Origin: Raillietiella orientalis
Lineage: Eukaryota
DNA: 64,000 nucleotides
Assembly (NCBI GenBank): GCA_036172245.1
Contig: JAYWIR010000001.1
Coordinates: 11,470,001 to 11,534,000, forward strand
Direction of reading: 5' to 3'
The position numbers and the translations under genes were made by a program. Shown in pieces: positions 12,950 to 26,889 of the stretch. The stretch's first letter is position 1. The number at the start of each line of letters is the position of its first letter. The notes below the pieces were generated by a model. It did no database searches. It saw only the letters and a program-made list of their open reading frames with translations, and had not been told where the DNA came from.

Positions 12950-14650
12950 CAAGACTGAAAGGAGGAATCATTCATTCCGTATTATTTTTATGTCATTGTT
13001 TCTTCGGCAGGCCTATCCGGGAAGCAATGTCTGCTACCTGCTTTTCAACCACGGGCTTCGAAAAGAGACCGAGTCACACTGGACCATTGGAGTGGAACTC
13101 ATAAGAAAGCTTCTCATAAAATTGGAGCTCTCTAGTGGCAACGAGGGGAAAGTGACTTTGGCCAACTGAGCACTTTGTGTCATTTTCATCAGCAGTAATA
13201 CATTTGGATGTACTATTATTGTGTGCTTTTCTTCGTGGCGACGCCAAATTTGAGAAGAATCTTTCCGTTGATTTTGATCAAAGCAGCCATGGGTTGGTTG
13301 GGTTTTCCGCCACCACACGTCAGCATGCAGATGCTCGCTTACCGACCTCAGGCAATCCTCGCTAGTCCGAGATCAACTCGCTGTACCCTTAGGAGGGATT
13401 CTGCCATTGTCGGCTCACTCGAAGCGCGCGACACAGTCAGGCGACGGCCGCAGGTTGACCTCATACGCAGTCAGCTTCCTGCAGCCGGATGGTGCACAAA
13501 ATGATGGTCCATGGAAGGAAAGGGATCCCCCATTCCGTCGACCTCCGACATTTTCCAGACTGCCGCACAAGGTCGAGGAACCGACGTTTGGTTTTCAGAC
13601 AGAGGATTCGTGGTCGTGCGCACTGCCGGGAGTATGACACATTCCAGGGAACACCGCCAGCAACGCAAGCACCGCTAAGCAGTGTCGAAAAAACTGTTCT
13701 TGTGACCGACACGTCCGTTGTTTGTCCCTCATAGCGCGTTCGTGAGAAACCCGTTGATCTGCAGAGGCACTCCTGTTCCCGAGATCCGTCTCTGCCTTTT
13801 CTTTCCTTTTTAAAGACCAGCAGCGAACTCACCAGGAGATCTTATTGATTGGAATCCATTGAGGTTCTTGTGTTTCTTCTGCTTTCCTTCCTCCTTAGGG
13901 GGGTCCACGAAAACGTGAAAGACGCCACCCGAGGGTGACTTTCTTTAATTTATGGTAACTATGGGACAACCTCATAGTTAACACCCTATGAATCCAGGAG
14001 GGCTCTGGAGGAAGGAGTCCGTTCCTCTTGATAGAGAACCCACGAAGGGAACCCTCGCCCTGGTTGTATCCAAAGAGAACTCAGGAGGAAAGTCTTCCTT
14101 GTTGTGCATAGAAAGACTCCTCGGAGGGGGCTACGCCCCACTTCTCCTCCCAAGAACATCCTCCAGGGAACCACCCCTTGTTTCCTCCTCGGAAGGCAAC
14201 CCCAGAGTGACGCTTCTCAATCTCTATGAGGGACGCTCCTCAAAGGGAGCAGCGCGTTTCTGACACTATGGAGAAGCAAACCAATGGAGGGGGGAGGTAC
14301 GAACCAGCTCCATAAAACAACTCCATCTTCTGCTCCGTAGGCGAACTTCCGAGGTGAACTTCCTTGCGAAAGAACCAGCTCCTGGATTCCTGTAAGGTCC
14401 TGGGGAGTCTATTTCTAATCCCGGCCAGTCAACGGTTTCCACCCGTTCCGCCGCACTCGGAGCCCATGGGTCAACCAGCGTCATCCTGTGGGCGGGACTT
14501 GAAACCCCTGACGCATCCATTTCTTGGCTCCAATCCTTCTCCCGGTGGAATTCGAACCCGCAACCCCTGGTACCACGCGCTCAGACCACCAACTCGAACC
14601 TACAAAGAACCATTGACAATGGTTCGTGCATTCTCTTTGGTACTTTCATC
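12950..14650 (+). mobile_element. Decayed Penelope-like RT fragment followed by a copy of the second-family repeat unit
   Basis: LCVIFISSNTFG...LIKAAMGWLGFPP resembles PLE RT motif B (GxAMGSPLSP). Segment 13980-14600 is homologous in reverse to 59930-60490. Confidence 0.4.
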
Positions 14651-14879
14651 TGCCAAGAATTCAGAGTAGTGTTGAAAGTTACCTCGAATGTTCCAGCAAT
14701 GCCACAAAGTGTTGGCATGAAAGAATTCTTGCATCTGAGCATTCTGCAGCACTGCGAGACCAAGGAAACACGTTTCTGTGGTAACAGATAATCGAGTACA
14801 GAAAAATGCGCTCCGAAATAGGAAGGCGGCAGGATGGATACTTCATTACCCTCTGGAAGAAATTCGTCCAGTTGCTCGC

Positions 14880-16360
14880 ACTCTTGCTTCGAAATCTCAG
14901 CCCACATTGGTGGAAATTTGCGGAAGACAGGCATCGAGGACACAGGGCACAGGCCATCAAGGGACAGGCGCGCCTGAAGCCCTTACAGTAGCGGTAGATC
15001 TGCGCAAAGCTTTCTACTGAGTGGACCAAGAACTCCTTCTGGAGCTCCTGGAACACATGGGATTCTCGGCCGTCTTCCTGACCTATCTGCACTCCTGCTG
15101 GCTCTTCGAGATAATATTTGTTTCAGCGGCCGGCACGCGTACGGCGTGCCCGTTCATCGCGGAATCAGACAGAATGACAGTCTGAAGCCCCCGTTCTTCA
15201 GCATCTACTTGGAGCTGGTGCTGAGAGCATACAGGAGACTCTGACAACCCTGCGGAGCTCGTGTCCGGGCACGCCTGCCGTGTCGGTTTACGCGGACGAT
15301 CTTCTGCTGCTGCTCCCCATGTCCACCCCGACTTCTGCACTCGAGCGCTTCTTCGAGCTGCTCAGTCGCGGGACGGGACTGGAGATGAACAGAGCGAAGT
15401 CGTTCGTAGTGTCTATCGGTGCGACATGGGCCGGACGGCCGAACTGGATTCGTTTGGGAGTCTCCACGGGAGGGTGCTTCAGGTACCTTTGCGTTCCGTT
15501 GGCTGACTTCGGTCCATCTGAAGTCTGATCAGACCGTCTCCTAAAGGTGGAGTTGGCGATCGGCCCGTTCCGGAACAGCAAGTTTTACTTCCAGGAATGG
15601 GCCGCGGTGTGGAACGCTTTCGCAACCCCCTTCCTTCTTCCCTCACTTTTGTTTGCCCACCCCACCAATCATCAGAAGACGGACCGTGGCGGGAGTCGCC
15701 GTTGTTGGCGTTCATGGGGAAATTCCGTGCAAATTGCTCCTTCGCCACTGGACGCAAGGGGGGGGGAGGGAGGGCGCTGAGTGTGACAGGTGCGGGAAGG
15801 AGACACTCCTGTTCCTGCTGTTGGATTGTGTGCCCTCCGACCCCTTTGGTATCGCCTCGCGACGACCCTTGGGATCCCGTCGTGCAGCACCAGGGACATT
15901 TTCAGACGCTTTCTCATGCGTACCGCTCTGCCACCGCCGCATCCCTAGCGGGATCGCGGTGGCCTGGAATGCCAGAAGAGGAGGCGAAAATAGTGAGAAC
16001 GTCATCCACTGGGCGCAGATCTTCCTGAAGAACGCCTCAGGATGATCTTACTCTGGAGAGACAAGGAAGGAACTTGCCAGCACATTGAACAGGATGCGGG
16101 GAGGCCTGGAAGCGTACAATGATCCCTTCCTCGATTCCCCTCTCCCTTCTCACCTTGTGCAATTCTTCTTCCCTTGTTTTGTATGTTTACTTTTTCTGTT
16201 TTTGTTTCATCTTTCCCACACTGCCGAAGAGGATCTCGCCAGTCTGCTAACCGCTCTTCGGCAGGTCCATTGCAAGTGGTAGGGGAGCCTATGGTTCTAC
16301 CATACCAATATATTTTTATCATTTTATATAATGAATGCTCCGTCATAACCGGCTGATAAC
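14880..16360 (+). mobile_element. Main LINE family, 5'-truncated, internally deleted copy with 3' terminus
   Basis: AVAVDLRKAF, SVYADDLLLLLP, C-terminal finger, 3' UTR stem CTGCCGAAGA/TCTTCGGCAG, and degenerate terminus CTCCGTCATAACCGGCTGATAA. Confidence 0.85.
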
Positions 16361-16479
16361 ATCCTAGGCCAGTAGTAACGAACTCCCCGAGAGATCGCTA
16401 CTGGCCTTAAAAAAACAAAAACGAACGGCTTCAACGGACTGACATCGGTCCTTGTCGCAAGCCACCGAAGTGTGATTCC

Positions 16480-17136
16480 ATACAAACATCAGCTTCGGCA
16501 CTTCCTCCCTTTGAAGTGGTAGGAGACGACGCTGCTGGTTTTGCATTGGGGAGCCCCCAGTGCAAAGCGCGCCTTCGCCACTGGACACGGAGAGAGTCGA
16601 TCCGGTGGCGGACGCGACATGTGCGGGGCGAGGGACACCCTCTCACACCTGTTTCTTGACCGTGCTGCCTTCCGGCCCCCCTGAGAACGTTTCTTGACAA
16701 TCCCCTGGATCGCCGGGAGCAATCCCAGAAACGTGTTCGAGTTCCTGCGTGGCTGGTGCGCTGCCGCGAGCTGCGTGCTTAGAAACTGTTTGCTGCAGTC
16801 GGGGCAGCATGGAAGAGGCTAGCCCAACAGGGGTGCCATCCACTGGACGAAACTCCTTCCGGGAATTGCAGCGAGATGGGTCCATCTGCAAACCGACAAA
16901 CTCCAACTTGTCAGCATCCTCCAAAAGATGAACGGGACATCGCAGACACGCAGTGATCCCCCCAAACAAACAACTTTTTAACCTTTTTTATTTATTCTTG
17001 CTTTGCTTTTTGCATCCCCAGTGTCTACGCAGCGAACCCTAAGTGGCCAGTGGAAAGGAACTTTTGTATATGGTAGCACCAAGAGTCCTGTCCTGTTTAT
17101 TCTTAAAATAAACTCTCCGGCGTATCCGGGTGAATA
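16480..17136 (+). mobile_element. Main LINE family, short 3' fragment with terminus
   Basis: PLKW*ETTLLVLHWG remnant, GTGATCCC end-of-ORF motif, AATAAA at 17107 and CCGG-CGTAT-CCGGG-TG. Confidence 0.8.
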
Positions 17137-19789
17137 GCCTCATCGCTCCGGCATGTAGTCCTGGTCTACCCAGACACCACTTAGCTTCGCCTCCGCGGAA
17201 GCTGCTGGGGAGGCGGTCATCAACGTCCGCGTCCTCCGTACACGAGATGATCTCGTCCTGGATTTTTCTCTGAGAAAAAACGTCCCTTTTAAGTTCCCTG
17301 CAGTCTCAGCCGTTACCGAGAGTACTACCGAGCGCCCATATACAGCACCACACCCACGAAAGAGATGTTTCACTTGGAAGGGCACTGCGTCGGTAGAGCA
17401 CCTATTCAAGAACCCACTCACGCCTAAGCAACAACCCGTGGGAGGCGAAACGCGTTGCAAGCCGCTGGCCAACCTATGAAGCAAGCCCCGGCGTGCAGCT
17501 CCCCATCTGAAGGTGCAAGTGCAACGGTGACCCTGACCTTCTTCTCTCAGACACTCGCTTCCGAGGTGTTGCTGCACACCCACTGCCGGGAATCGAACCC
17601 CGGGTTACTGTTGCATGCTGCGAGAAAACCAGTTGTCCAGCTGACTTGGAAAGTTTGTGATGCTGCTCTCTGCAGGCGGGCGTGGACGATTCGGGGTCTT
17701 CTCAATTGAGACTAGGAGATGACGGCACTAGAGAAAGCGAGGTTGATCTTGCAGTTGCCAATGCGATGATTGGAATGTGATAGGGGTGCTAAAGGGAACG
17801 TTTAATGACGAGGATGTATGTGTTCGTACGTATTCGTACGTGCGGTTTTTAGATCTTCGTTGTTTTTGGTTGGTATAAGGTGATGTGGGATTTATTGTTA
17901 GATCGTCGGAGAGAAGGATGTCACTTAAGAGTTCATCATTTGGTGTGTTCCTTTTGAATTTGTCGGTTTATAGCGTTTATTTACGGCTTCCTAAATCTCA
18001 AGTGGAGTCTGCTTCCTAGCGTTGAAGTAAAGGAGTTGTGGATTAGTGCGGCTGTTTAGGAAGTATAGGTATGGGGTCGTTGGAGTATGTTCGGCGGGAG
18101 CTAGAGTGGTTAACGGTATTATTAGAGAGGGGACTGTATCTTCGGCAGGTAGATCAGAAGTAATTGTGGTTCATGCTTCAGTGTGCCATATTACAATGAT
18201 TGTGAATGGGACGTTCATTGTAGGGTAGGAGAAGATGAAAATCATAGGGTGCTTATTGTTGTTCTTTGAATAATGATCGTGTATATGAGGATGGTGAGGG
18301 TAGAGGTAAATGGCTTGTATGTGTGCTACATTTGCCCTCAATTAGGTGGCTGAGACAGATTATGGAATGCATACGGTAGACTTAGTAATCATGGGTTCAT
18401 GATCCTATTGAATCATAGATAGGAAGTTAGGAGTGGTAACGAAGGGTTTTGTTTTGCATGTGACATCGAGGGTGATGAATATGGTGATGGTAATGAGGTC
18501 GTGAGCCAAAGTAGTTTAATGAGGATGGTGATTTGAGGTATCGTAGGTGATTTTTAAGTTGCTCTCGGCTAGAGTAATGATTACGAATATAGGATGGTAG
18601 GGAATTGGTTGAGGTGTTGTTTATGATGTTACGAGTGATTATGAGGATAGGAAAGTTAGAGTGAGGTAATGTTTGTTGCAGATCATACGCATTTGTTGTT
18701 TATGTAGTATACTTGTGCTAGTGATGATTTATGGCAGGGGATATGTAAGCTGAATATAGAAGCGCTTCATGTTTTTGTATTTTGGATAGTGGTGTGGATA
18801 ATTATGATACTTTTGAGGGATAATGATTACCATTCGGTCAGCACTGCTTTGAGGTGAGATGGATTAAGAATGTGTTCCTTATTGTTTGGTTATTTTTTTT
18901 ATAAGTCGTGGCTCTGATTTTATTAATTGAATTACATTTTTGAGTAATCGTAGTAATGAGAGGATTTCATTGATGGGCATGATCACGAGCGCGCGGTTGC
19001 CTATTGGCACTTAATTGTCGAAGACTATGGGTATTGGGGCATCTACTCCGCCTCCGACATTGGTTCGGTAGCCCATTTTACCTACGGCCAGAACTTAATT
19101 ATTGATACTGTTTAATGAGGTCGAGTTGTTGAGTAGGGTGACAGTTATGGTGTATCTTGGGGTTTAGGATTTGAGGGGAGCATCGGGGATGTGGAGATTT
19201 ATTTTGCATTGAGGCAGTGAAGTATGACATTTATGGGATTAGGGATGAGAATGTTATCATTAGTTGTTTACACGGTTTGCCGTATAATACATTTTCCATT
19301 ATTGAACAAGAAAATATCATGTGATATTGTGGCACTAAACCAAATAATGAGCTGAGATTACTTGGCGCGATTGATCTCACGTGAACGCCCATCCAAAGCA
19401 ATGCGGCCTTTGTTTGGATCATGCAAGCGGAACAGAAGCTAAGAAAAGCCTTGCTCACGGGCAGTATCATAGGCGAAGAAGGGGACTGAGCCGTGATTAT
19501 TGCTAGTTGAAAACTTTACCCAATACCCCGCCAAGGCAGTGCGTAAAACCACTGCCGCGGCAATTTTTGTGTGCCCCGAGAGGGCAAGTGCTTGAAAAGA
19601 TAGTGAGTGTGGACGGCAACAAGTAACAGTGCAGATGAGCATCTTCACCAGTCGCGTCGCGGCAGCACTACAAGAGGCGACTTGCATCCAACGGAGACGG
19701 CGACGGGAACTCATCAGCCCACCGCCGGGATGCAGGAATCCAGGATGGATCGGAGGCCGACGTCCCCCATGGAAATGAAGGTACAGTAC

Positions 19790-19985
19790 GGCATTGGCGA
19801 GGCGGCGGCGACGCCAAGGATAGCGCCCGCGGCGGCAGTTGTCGCGCCCGCCGCGACGACGGCGGAGGTCGTGCTCGCGGCGGCGATGCCAAGGGTCGCG
19901 CCCGCGGTGGCGGCGACGGCGGCAAAGGTTGTGGCCGCGGCGTCGGCATCCCAGGCGGGACCCGCGGGCATCCACGCGGCACCCA
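19790..19985 (+). repeat. GC-rich imperfect repeat encoding an Ala/Pro-rich low-complexity tract
   Basis: Two related units, GCGGCGGCGACGCCAAGGATAGCGCCCGCGG and GCGGCGGCGATGCCAAGGGTCGCGCCCGCGG. Confidence 0.6.
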
Positions 19986-20007
19986 GTGTGCAGAGCGCGA
20001 CGCCATC

Positions 20008-21295
20008 TTGCTAATGGAAGAAGGACTGGGCCCGAAGATCAACGCCCAGAAGAGCCAGCTTTTGCCCTTCGGAATCCTGGATCTCTCCGCTCTCACGGGG
20101 AGAGGATTCCGAACGGTGGACACGGCCAAGTACCTGGGAGTCTACATCGGCGACGACTTTGCGTCGAAGCTATTGTGGACGGAAATCCTGGGGAAAACGG
20201 CCAAGGAAGCAGCGAAGTACACTAGCCTGGAGTTCGGAATGAAGCGACAGGCCAACCTCTGGAATGGATTACTCCTTCCAAAGGTTCTCTTCGGAGCGGC
20301 CTTCGCCAGGATGAACAAGGAGACCACCCGCGAAGTGGAAAAACTGCAGAGAAAAACACTTTGGGGACACCATCGCTTAAGAGTCTGGTTAAAGCCCCTG
20401 TGTCGTCCCAGGGAAGAAGGCGGCTCAGGGATGAAGTCGCTTGCACATTCCATGGAAACCATGGATACGCGGCACATCCTGGATATCGCTACTCACTGGG
20501 ATGACTGGCCGTATGCGGCACACAGGGCTTACGCGTTGTTGTTGAACAACTCGAAAGGCCTGATGACTGCGCTGCTAGGCCGAGCAGGGGAATGGATCAA
20601 CACCGACCCAACCTGGAGGAGAAAGCAACGGCTGGTGAGCAAGCACAAGATCAAGATCGTGCCGAGAAGCAGGGAACTCTGGCAGGAGGAATCCATCCCA
20701 TGATCCCGTGGATGCTTCCGGTCCCTGCGGACACGAGAAGCTGGATCTACCAGCGGCCCAGAGTTACCCTGCAACGCATCCAGGAGTGGAGACGAGGAGG
20801 CTACGTACATCACACTCGTATACTTCGCTATATAGAGATGATGCTAGGCAGGTTCACCCATATGACCCGCGAAGTGTGGATAAACCACAACGACTTCGCG
20901 TGGTCTAGGTAACCAAGATGAACCTCCGGAGACTCATTAAGGAAGAGGACAAAGACACTAGTGCCCTCCAAGAAGCCGCCGATCTCTACGGGAGTGACAG
21001 GATCAACCTGCTAGCGATCGGCACGACGCTTTGGAGGAGTGACCTTCCGCCTGGGACCCAGGATGACCTCCTGATGTTTTATCATGGAGGAATCCAGAGT
21101 GGGTCCAGGCTCAAGTATTTCACAGGAAGAAGGGACGACGAAGACTGCACGGCATGTGGTGACATCGATACAAGATTACATATCTTGACGTGTCCCACAT
21201 TGCTCCACGACTGGCTGATCCTGAAAAGGATCATTGGACTGACCACCAGCTCCACGATGGAAATCCTTGCCGGGATGTTTCAGGGAGACGAATAA
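20008..21295 (+). pseudogene. ORF2 3' half of a second, unrelated L1-type LINE (two frameshifts)
   Basis: GPKINAQKS, KYLGVYI, LCRPREEGGSG and C-terminal finger CTACGDIDTRLHILTCP, split over three ORFs in different frames. Confidence 0.8.
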
Positions 21296-24200
21296 TACAA
21301 TTAGTGGAAGAGTTTATACATATATGTAATATAACCCAATCCAAATAGCAAATCACAAAACAAACAATGAAATTTTCCTTCTTCAGTACATATATATATG
21401 TATGTATGTATATATATGGTAGATTGATTAGAGATTTATGAGTAAAAGCTCTTGTCTTGAATTGATCTGTTGATGTGGTGGGAGTCTTATAAGGGGAGGT
21501 TGTACTGATTATGATAAAGGTAAATGGTGACGGAATGAGATGAAGAGGTAAGTCTTACATAAATGCCAACATAAATCCTCCTACATTGAGATGGGAGGAT
21601 GTATGTGGGCATTAGGATAGATGTTTATCCATTTGATGTATGAGGGACTGACTATGGATTTCATTCGTATCCAACTTATAAGGATAAGTTGGATATTAAG
21701 TTTGCTTTGATGATCGACTTCCAGAGTAGTTGTTAGGAATAGGTTATTTAACTATGGTAATTGTATAGGATGTGATATGCCAGGGACAGTGAGTGTGGAT
21801 GTAGGTATAAGGTTAGGTTTGGACTGTTGTATCTACACACAGAATTGATGTATCATGTGTGTGGACATGGGCAGTTAGGTTGAAACCACCTGTGCAGTGT
21901 CTTTATGTCTCACCAAAATATTCATGAGATTGATTTAGTGTACAGTTCATATTTCACTTTTCAAAATAGCAAGCAGATTAATGATGAATTGTATAGGGAG
22001 AGTGCATGTAAAAAGAGGAATAGGGCAAGGATAAGATGATGGTTTGTTCAGACTCCATGATGAAAAACGTGATAAGGATTCAGAAGAATTGGATAGCAAA
22101 TGGGGAACATGCTTTGAAATTTGTAACCAGTTTATATTCAACAGGAGATGAACTGTGGTAATGAAAATGGTAAAGAAGATTTGATGACATTTTAAATAAG
22201 GAAATGAGAAGGATGATTAAGAGGGAGAATATTAAGAAGAGGAATGTTTTATTTCTTTCCAAGTAGAGGTAAAAAGGTGAAATCACTATTGGATAATTAG
22301 GATTCCTTTGATGTATCTCGTTAAAGGAATTGAAGTAGTAGCTGATTGCTATGTACATTTCTTTACAAGTGCTGTTGAAAATGAAAATGCAACATTAGAG
22401 AATTTTGTTTGAAAAATTATTTCAGTTCATTTCATATAACATTTCACAATTTTCCATTATGTATAATCAAACAAATATATACTATATGCATATGCAAAAC
22501 AAATATTTTAGCAGAATTTTCAGTATGACAGTTAAAAAAGTTAAAGTTTGGCTTATTGATAGGATGGAATATTAAAAATGCTTAGGAGAGTTGGATCAGT
22601 TGTAAAAGGCTATAAGAATTGGACTTAAATAATTTGAAGTAATTTGAGTTGTGGGAATAAATATCATTAACAGTGGCATGTCAGCCCACTTCAGTAATTA
22701 TTCCCAAGATTTTATTCTGAAGGCATTATGGGTTATGATATATTACATTAAGAGAACTACTCTTTATTCCTTAATAATTTGGAGCTACTTCTACTACTTA
22801 TACTGATAAAGTTTCTTCATGAGTGTATAAATAAGAAAAGGAAGCTGTGCAACATTTATGAAAGAAATATCAGTGTTACAAGAGAGTTCAAATGAAAAAT
22901 AATGGATGTTGATAAGTTGGTAAAAATGTGAGATTGTGAGGGAGAAAGTCAAATGAGACCAGCAATCCCATGAAGTCATGGAATTCTGTGGACATAAAAA
23001 AACTTTGGAACTTAAAATGGAATCTGTACTAGAAAATCTAAGTAAAAGATATTCTGCAAATTGTTGGCAGTGTGGAAGGTGTTTGGAACATTCATTATGC
23101 TGTATTTCTACCAAGATAATTCTGCAATCGAATGTGCTTTGGCTGCATAGTTGTTACTTGTTCAAGGAAAACCTCACCAGAAAGATGAAAGTTGCTCAAA
23201 GCCGAGCTGGGTATCTTTACCGTATTACAAATGGAGTATTCGTTGACCTAGCTCCGAAGGGAAGTCAAGTTCGTCGATTGTTTTTTTTTTTTATAAGTTG
23301 TGTAACGAGCATTTTTTGGTGCTTTTCTGCTTCTATGACACCCGCTTCTGAGTTTTTGGACCATGCGGGCGAGTGTCCTTCCCTGTTCTTCAGGTCAAGG
23401 TCCTTGCTGACACCTCGCACCACGGCATTGGCGAGGAGAATGACCTCCGTGCCTTCTTAGCGTGTTCGTGTGTCACCAAGAGACCACGAACTTGTCACAG
23501 TATTGCTACCATCGCGTCCAAGGATAGCTTCTGCGGAAGAAACAAACTCCCCACCGGTTCTGTTGTCTGCGAGAGAGATGCAACCTTCCATCCGCATAGA
23601 AAGCCGCCACATTCCAGGAAGAGGTGTGATGGCGTTTCCACGTTACCTCGCTTCAGGCAGTCCGGGATACCTCTCCCTTGTGGGTCTGTGGTGGCACCGA
23701 CTGCGTGGTAAATCCTAGTGCAACAGCAGCCTCCGTCGTGTGCTGGAGCGCGAAGGAAAGACCATAGCTGTGCTCTCAGTCCCTGGAGACACTTCAGTTC
23801 TTCCTCAGTTGTGGCTACGTGGCCCCACCCCCCGCGCTCTTCTGTGGGCTTGCATGCTCGATGTGGCCACGTCTACTAGCTGGTCTGCCGCCCACGCACC
23901 AAGTAGTCGGATCGTTCCTCAAATGGCTCAAATCCCTGTCGGAATACCATGACGACAGAACATTGAGAATTGATCGCCACTGATCAACCAGTCCCAGGTG
24001 CAGATTCTAGCCTCCGATCAGATCTGGTGCAGCGAGGAGGTGAGCGGGTGATCATACTCGACGTAGTCTTCCTTTTTGAAAGGAGCGGCCATAGAGGACT
24101 CCAGTAAGATCAAAGAAAACAAATACTGAGGTTTCACTCAGCTCTTCGTTGCTTATATTTATTTTTTAATATATATTTCTAAAAAAATTAAAACATATGT

Positions 24201-25182
24201 GTTGTTCCGCCGTTACGGACGGGCTCTCCGGAGAGGCGGCGATGCACGGGAGCGCTCGTCAACAGAAATCTCCCTCTTCTCCCCCCTTCCTTCCCCGGAG
24301 AAGAAGCCACTCCCACTCAACGAGGAGACACTGGAATGCCCTCCGGGAGGTCGGGATGCAGAGGAGTTGTATCCTGGACATCCTTCCTGGCCAATACGGA
24401 TCGATAGAGGACGAGAGGGAGACCTGTGGAAGCTTCCCGCATTCTCGAAAAGGGGTGAGGGAGCGCCCCCGGATCCTCAACGCCCTCCCTCGACCCCTTT
24501 CTCCTTCCCTGGCCGGAGGCAACGCACCCCACCGACCTCGCACCGGCGCATCAGGTGCAGATGAGAAGTGAAAGTTCAGTACGTGGAAGATGTGAAGAGG
24601 AGACTGGCAGGAAAAACCACAAGCAGGCGGTGTTCCAGTGGTCTCAGCGCAGGCATCAGCTGCTGTTGGTGTCGTGCATCAATCCGATGATGTACAAGAG
24701 CTGTACTGCCGAGTGCAATGCATGGAGACTGAAACTTCTGTTGTTACTGCAACAGTCACAAGGATTGCTATGAGAAACCCGGGTTTCCAAACTAGAAAGA
24801 GGTTGAGATGTTATCACAATGGAAATCCATAATGGATGGCGACGTTTTGGTTAAGAATGACCGTTGACTGAGATGGAGGGTTGTCGGAAAACCATGATTG
24901 GAATGGTGTTGATCGCTAATGTGGGATGTGAGGAGTCGAGGTAGGGGTATGTTTGCTGATGATAACAGCATTTCGGTGATGAAAGATAAGAAGAAGCCAA
25001 TGCAGAGAGGAAGAAGTTGAGTGAAGGAACCGTTGTTCGTGGTTTTAGAAAGGAGGCGGACCGTTCACTAAATTTGCTGATGGGGGTTTCTTTGATGTTG
25101 CCGAAGTAGAGTATGACGTGTTGTCAGATGGGTTAGGAACCCATGCGGGATGAGTCACGTCAACCCGCGCGGGATCGTGACT

Positions 25183-26780
25183 ACATCTACTCAGAGAGAG
25201 AAATGTACGTTTATTGAAATCAAAACTTTAAGGGACAGTCATGAGTGGGGGAAGGACTTTACAATGGGGTGAACTGTCCGCCCCGTCTAAGGTCTTCGGG
25301 AGGGCAGAAGACTCAAATATCCATGGGTCCCAATATCTTCCAGCACAACAGCGCCATTCCGATCATCTCAGCGATATTCCGGGATCGGTTGCTTTCTCTC
25401 CCTATGAGAGAGCACAAGCGACGCCCGAATTCGCTTATCGTGAAGAAGCAGTCGGCAAACATTAGGTACAAGTGGCCCACCTTTCTGAGCCTGTGGCGGC
25501 GGAGCAGTCTACGAAAAGTCCTGCTCACTCCCGGTACGCTTCCGACGTCATCGTAGAGCTTTGCTTCGCTGGCGAAATTCCAGAACTCCTGAGAAACGAA
25601 GATGGTGTAATTCTCGTCGGTCATCAACGGGGATCTGTACGTATCCCTGATTTGATTCAGGTCGTGTAGCAGAGCTAGCGCTTCCGGAGGGGGTTCAACA
25701 GGGCGGGGGCGAAAGCGAGGCATCATGAAGAGACGTGCAAGAGTGCAGGAACTTTAGATCCTCATAAGTCTTTCAGGGAAAGGCTCAGCAGGCTTAGCGC
25801 TTCACGCTAGGCCTGGAAAGAATTCCGAGAAGGGCAGCAGAAGGCTCCGAAAGCAACAAGACGTGAGGGTATGCTGTTGCCTCGGAAACGGAACTTTCTT
25901 TCTGAGTTGCTCGTTCTAAACTTCCTTTTGGAACTTGCATAAAAAAATCGTGGGAATCCTCCTCAGTAGTTCCAGCTCTTCGGAGAAGACAGGTCCACAT
26001 TCGTCTTTTCCCGAGGAGCGCGTCGCCAAGGAGACTTAGCGTTCCTGAGAAGCACCTCCAACAACGCAGGACTTCTCAGGAACTCGAGGCCTTCCCTAAG
26101 AAAACGTTTTCTGCGTGAGCATGCCTTACAAGATTGCTCCATCCACGAATGGGTGGTGTGACTAGACAAGAAACTAAATAAAAAGTTGATGGCCTTTTTG
26201 CTTCCGGAATGATTTCTTTCTTTCCTTTAGTTGCATCGGAATTCCTTCTTAGGTGCATTGGCGAGGATGTTCACCTCAGAGATCCTGAACATTGAAAAAT
26301 TCCTGAAACTCTTGAAATCACCAACAAAATTTTGTTTCCTCGGGAACCACTTTTCGAATGTCTTCTTAAGAGATTTCATCAGGGTTCCAGCGAAAAGAAC
26401 CAGATACTTGCGATTGATTGATCTGTACCTCAAGGCACCGCTGCGCCCGAACACAGATAGGAACGAAGAGAAATCAAAACCGAGATGTCCAGTAGTTCTG
26501 CAGAAAATTCGTCAAAGTGTCGGACAAAACTCGAATTCGGATTTTTGAACTTCTCGCCAATGCTTCCTATCGTGACCATCTGACTCTTTGCACTCGAAAA
26601 CCCATCAGCGACCTCATCCGAGACCACATCGGGAAACGGGGATTGCAGCAGCAGGTGGACTAAGTACAGCCGCTGCGACCGGCTGACCTATCCGATGCTG
26701 CAGTCTAGCGTTGCACAACGGTCACCAACCGGCCATCCGCATCCCGTATCTTCACGAGCTCCCGTGTGCTGAAACGGAGG
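25183..26780 (-). mobile_element. Decayed fragment, probably of the second (Penelope-like) family, with AATAAA and shared terminal motif
   Basis: Terminal motif shared with 3703-3727. WTCLLRRAGTTEED resembles LHLLLRRRTSEVN near 14320. Confidence 0.3.
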
Positions 26781-26889
26781 AGAACAGTCGCATCTACCGA
26801 TCCGTTCTATACTGTTGGCCAAAACAGGAGCGAGCGAAAGGGAACAGCGATGAAGGAGGAACGAAACGATTGGGAAAAACCTCGTAAAA

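Noticed and set aside
21388-21418. Short TA/TATG microsatellite
   Set aside because: Ordinary simple repeat. No telomeric repeat arrays were seen anywhere in the window.
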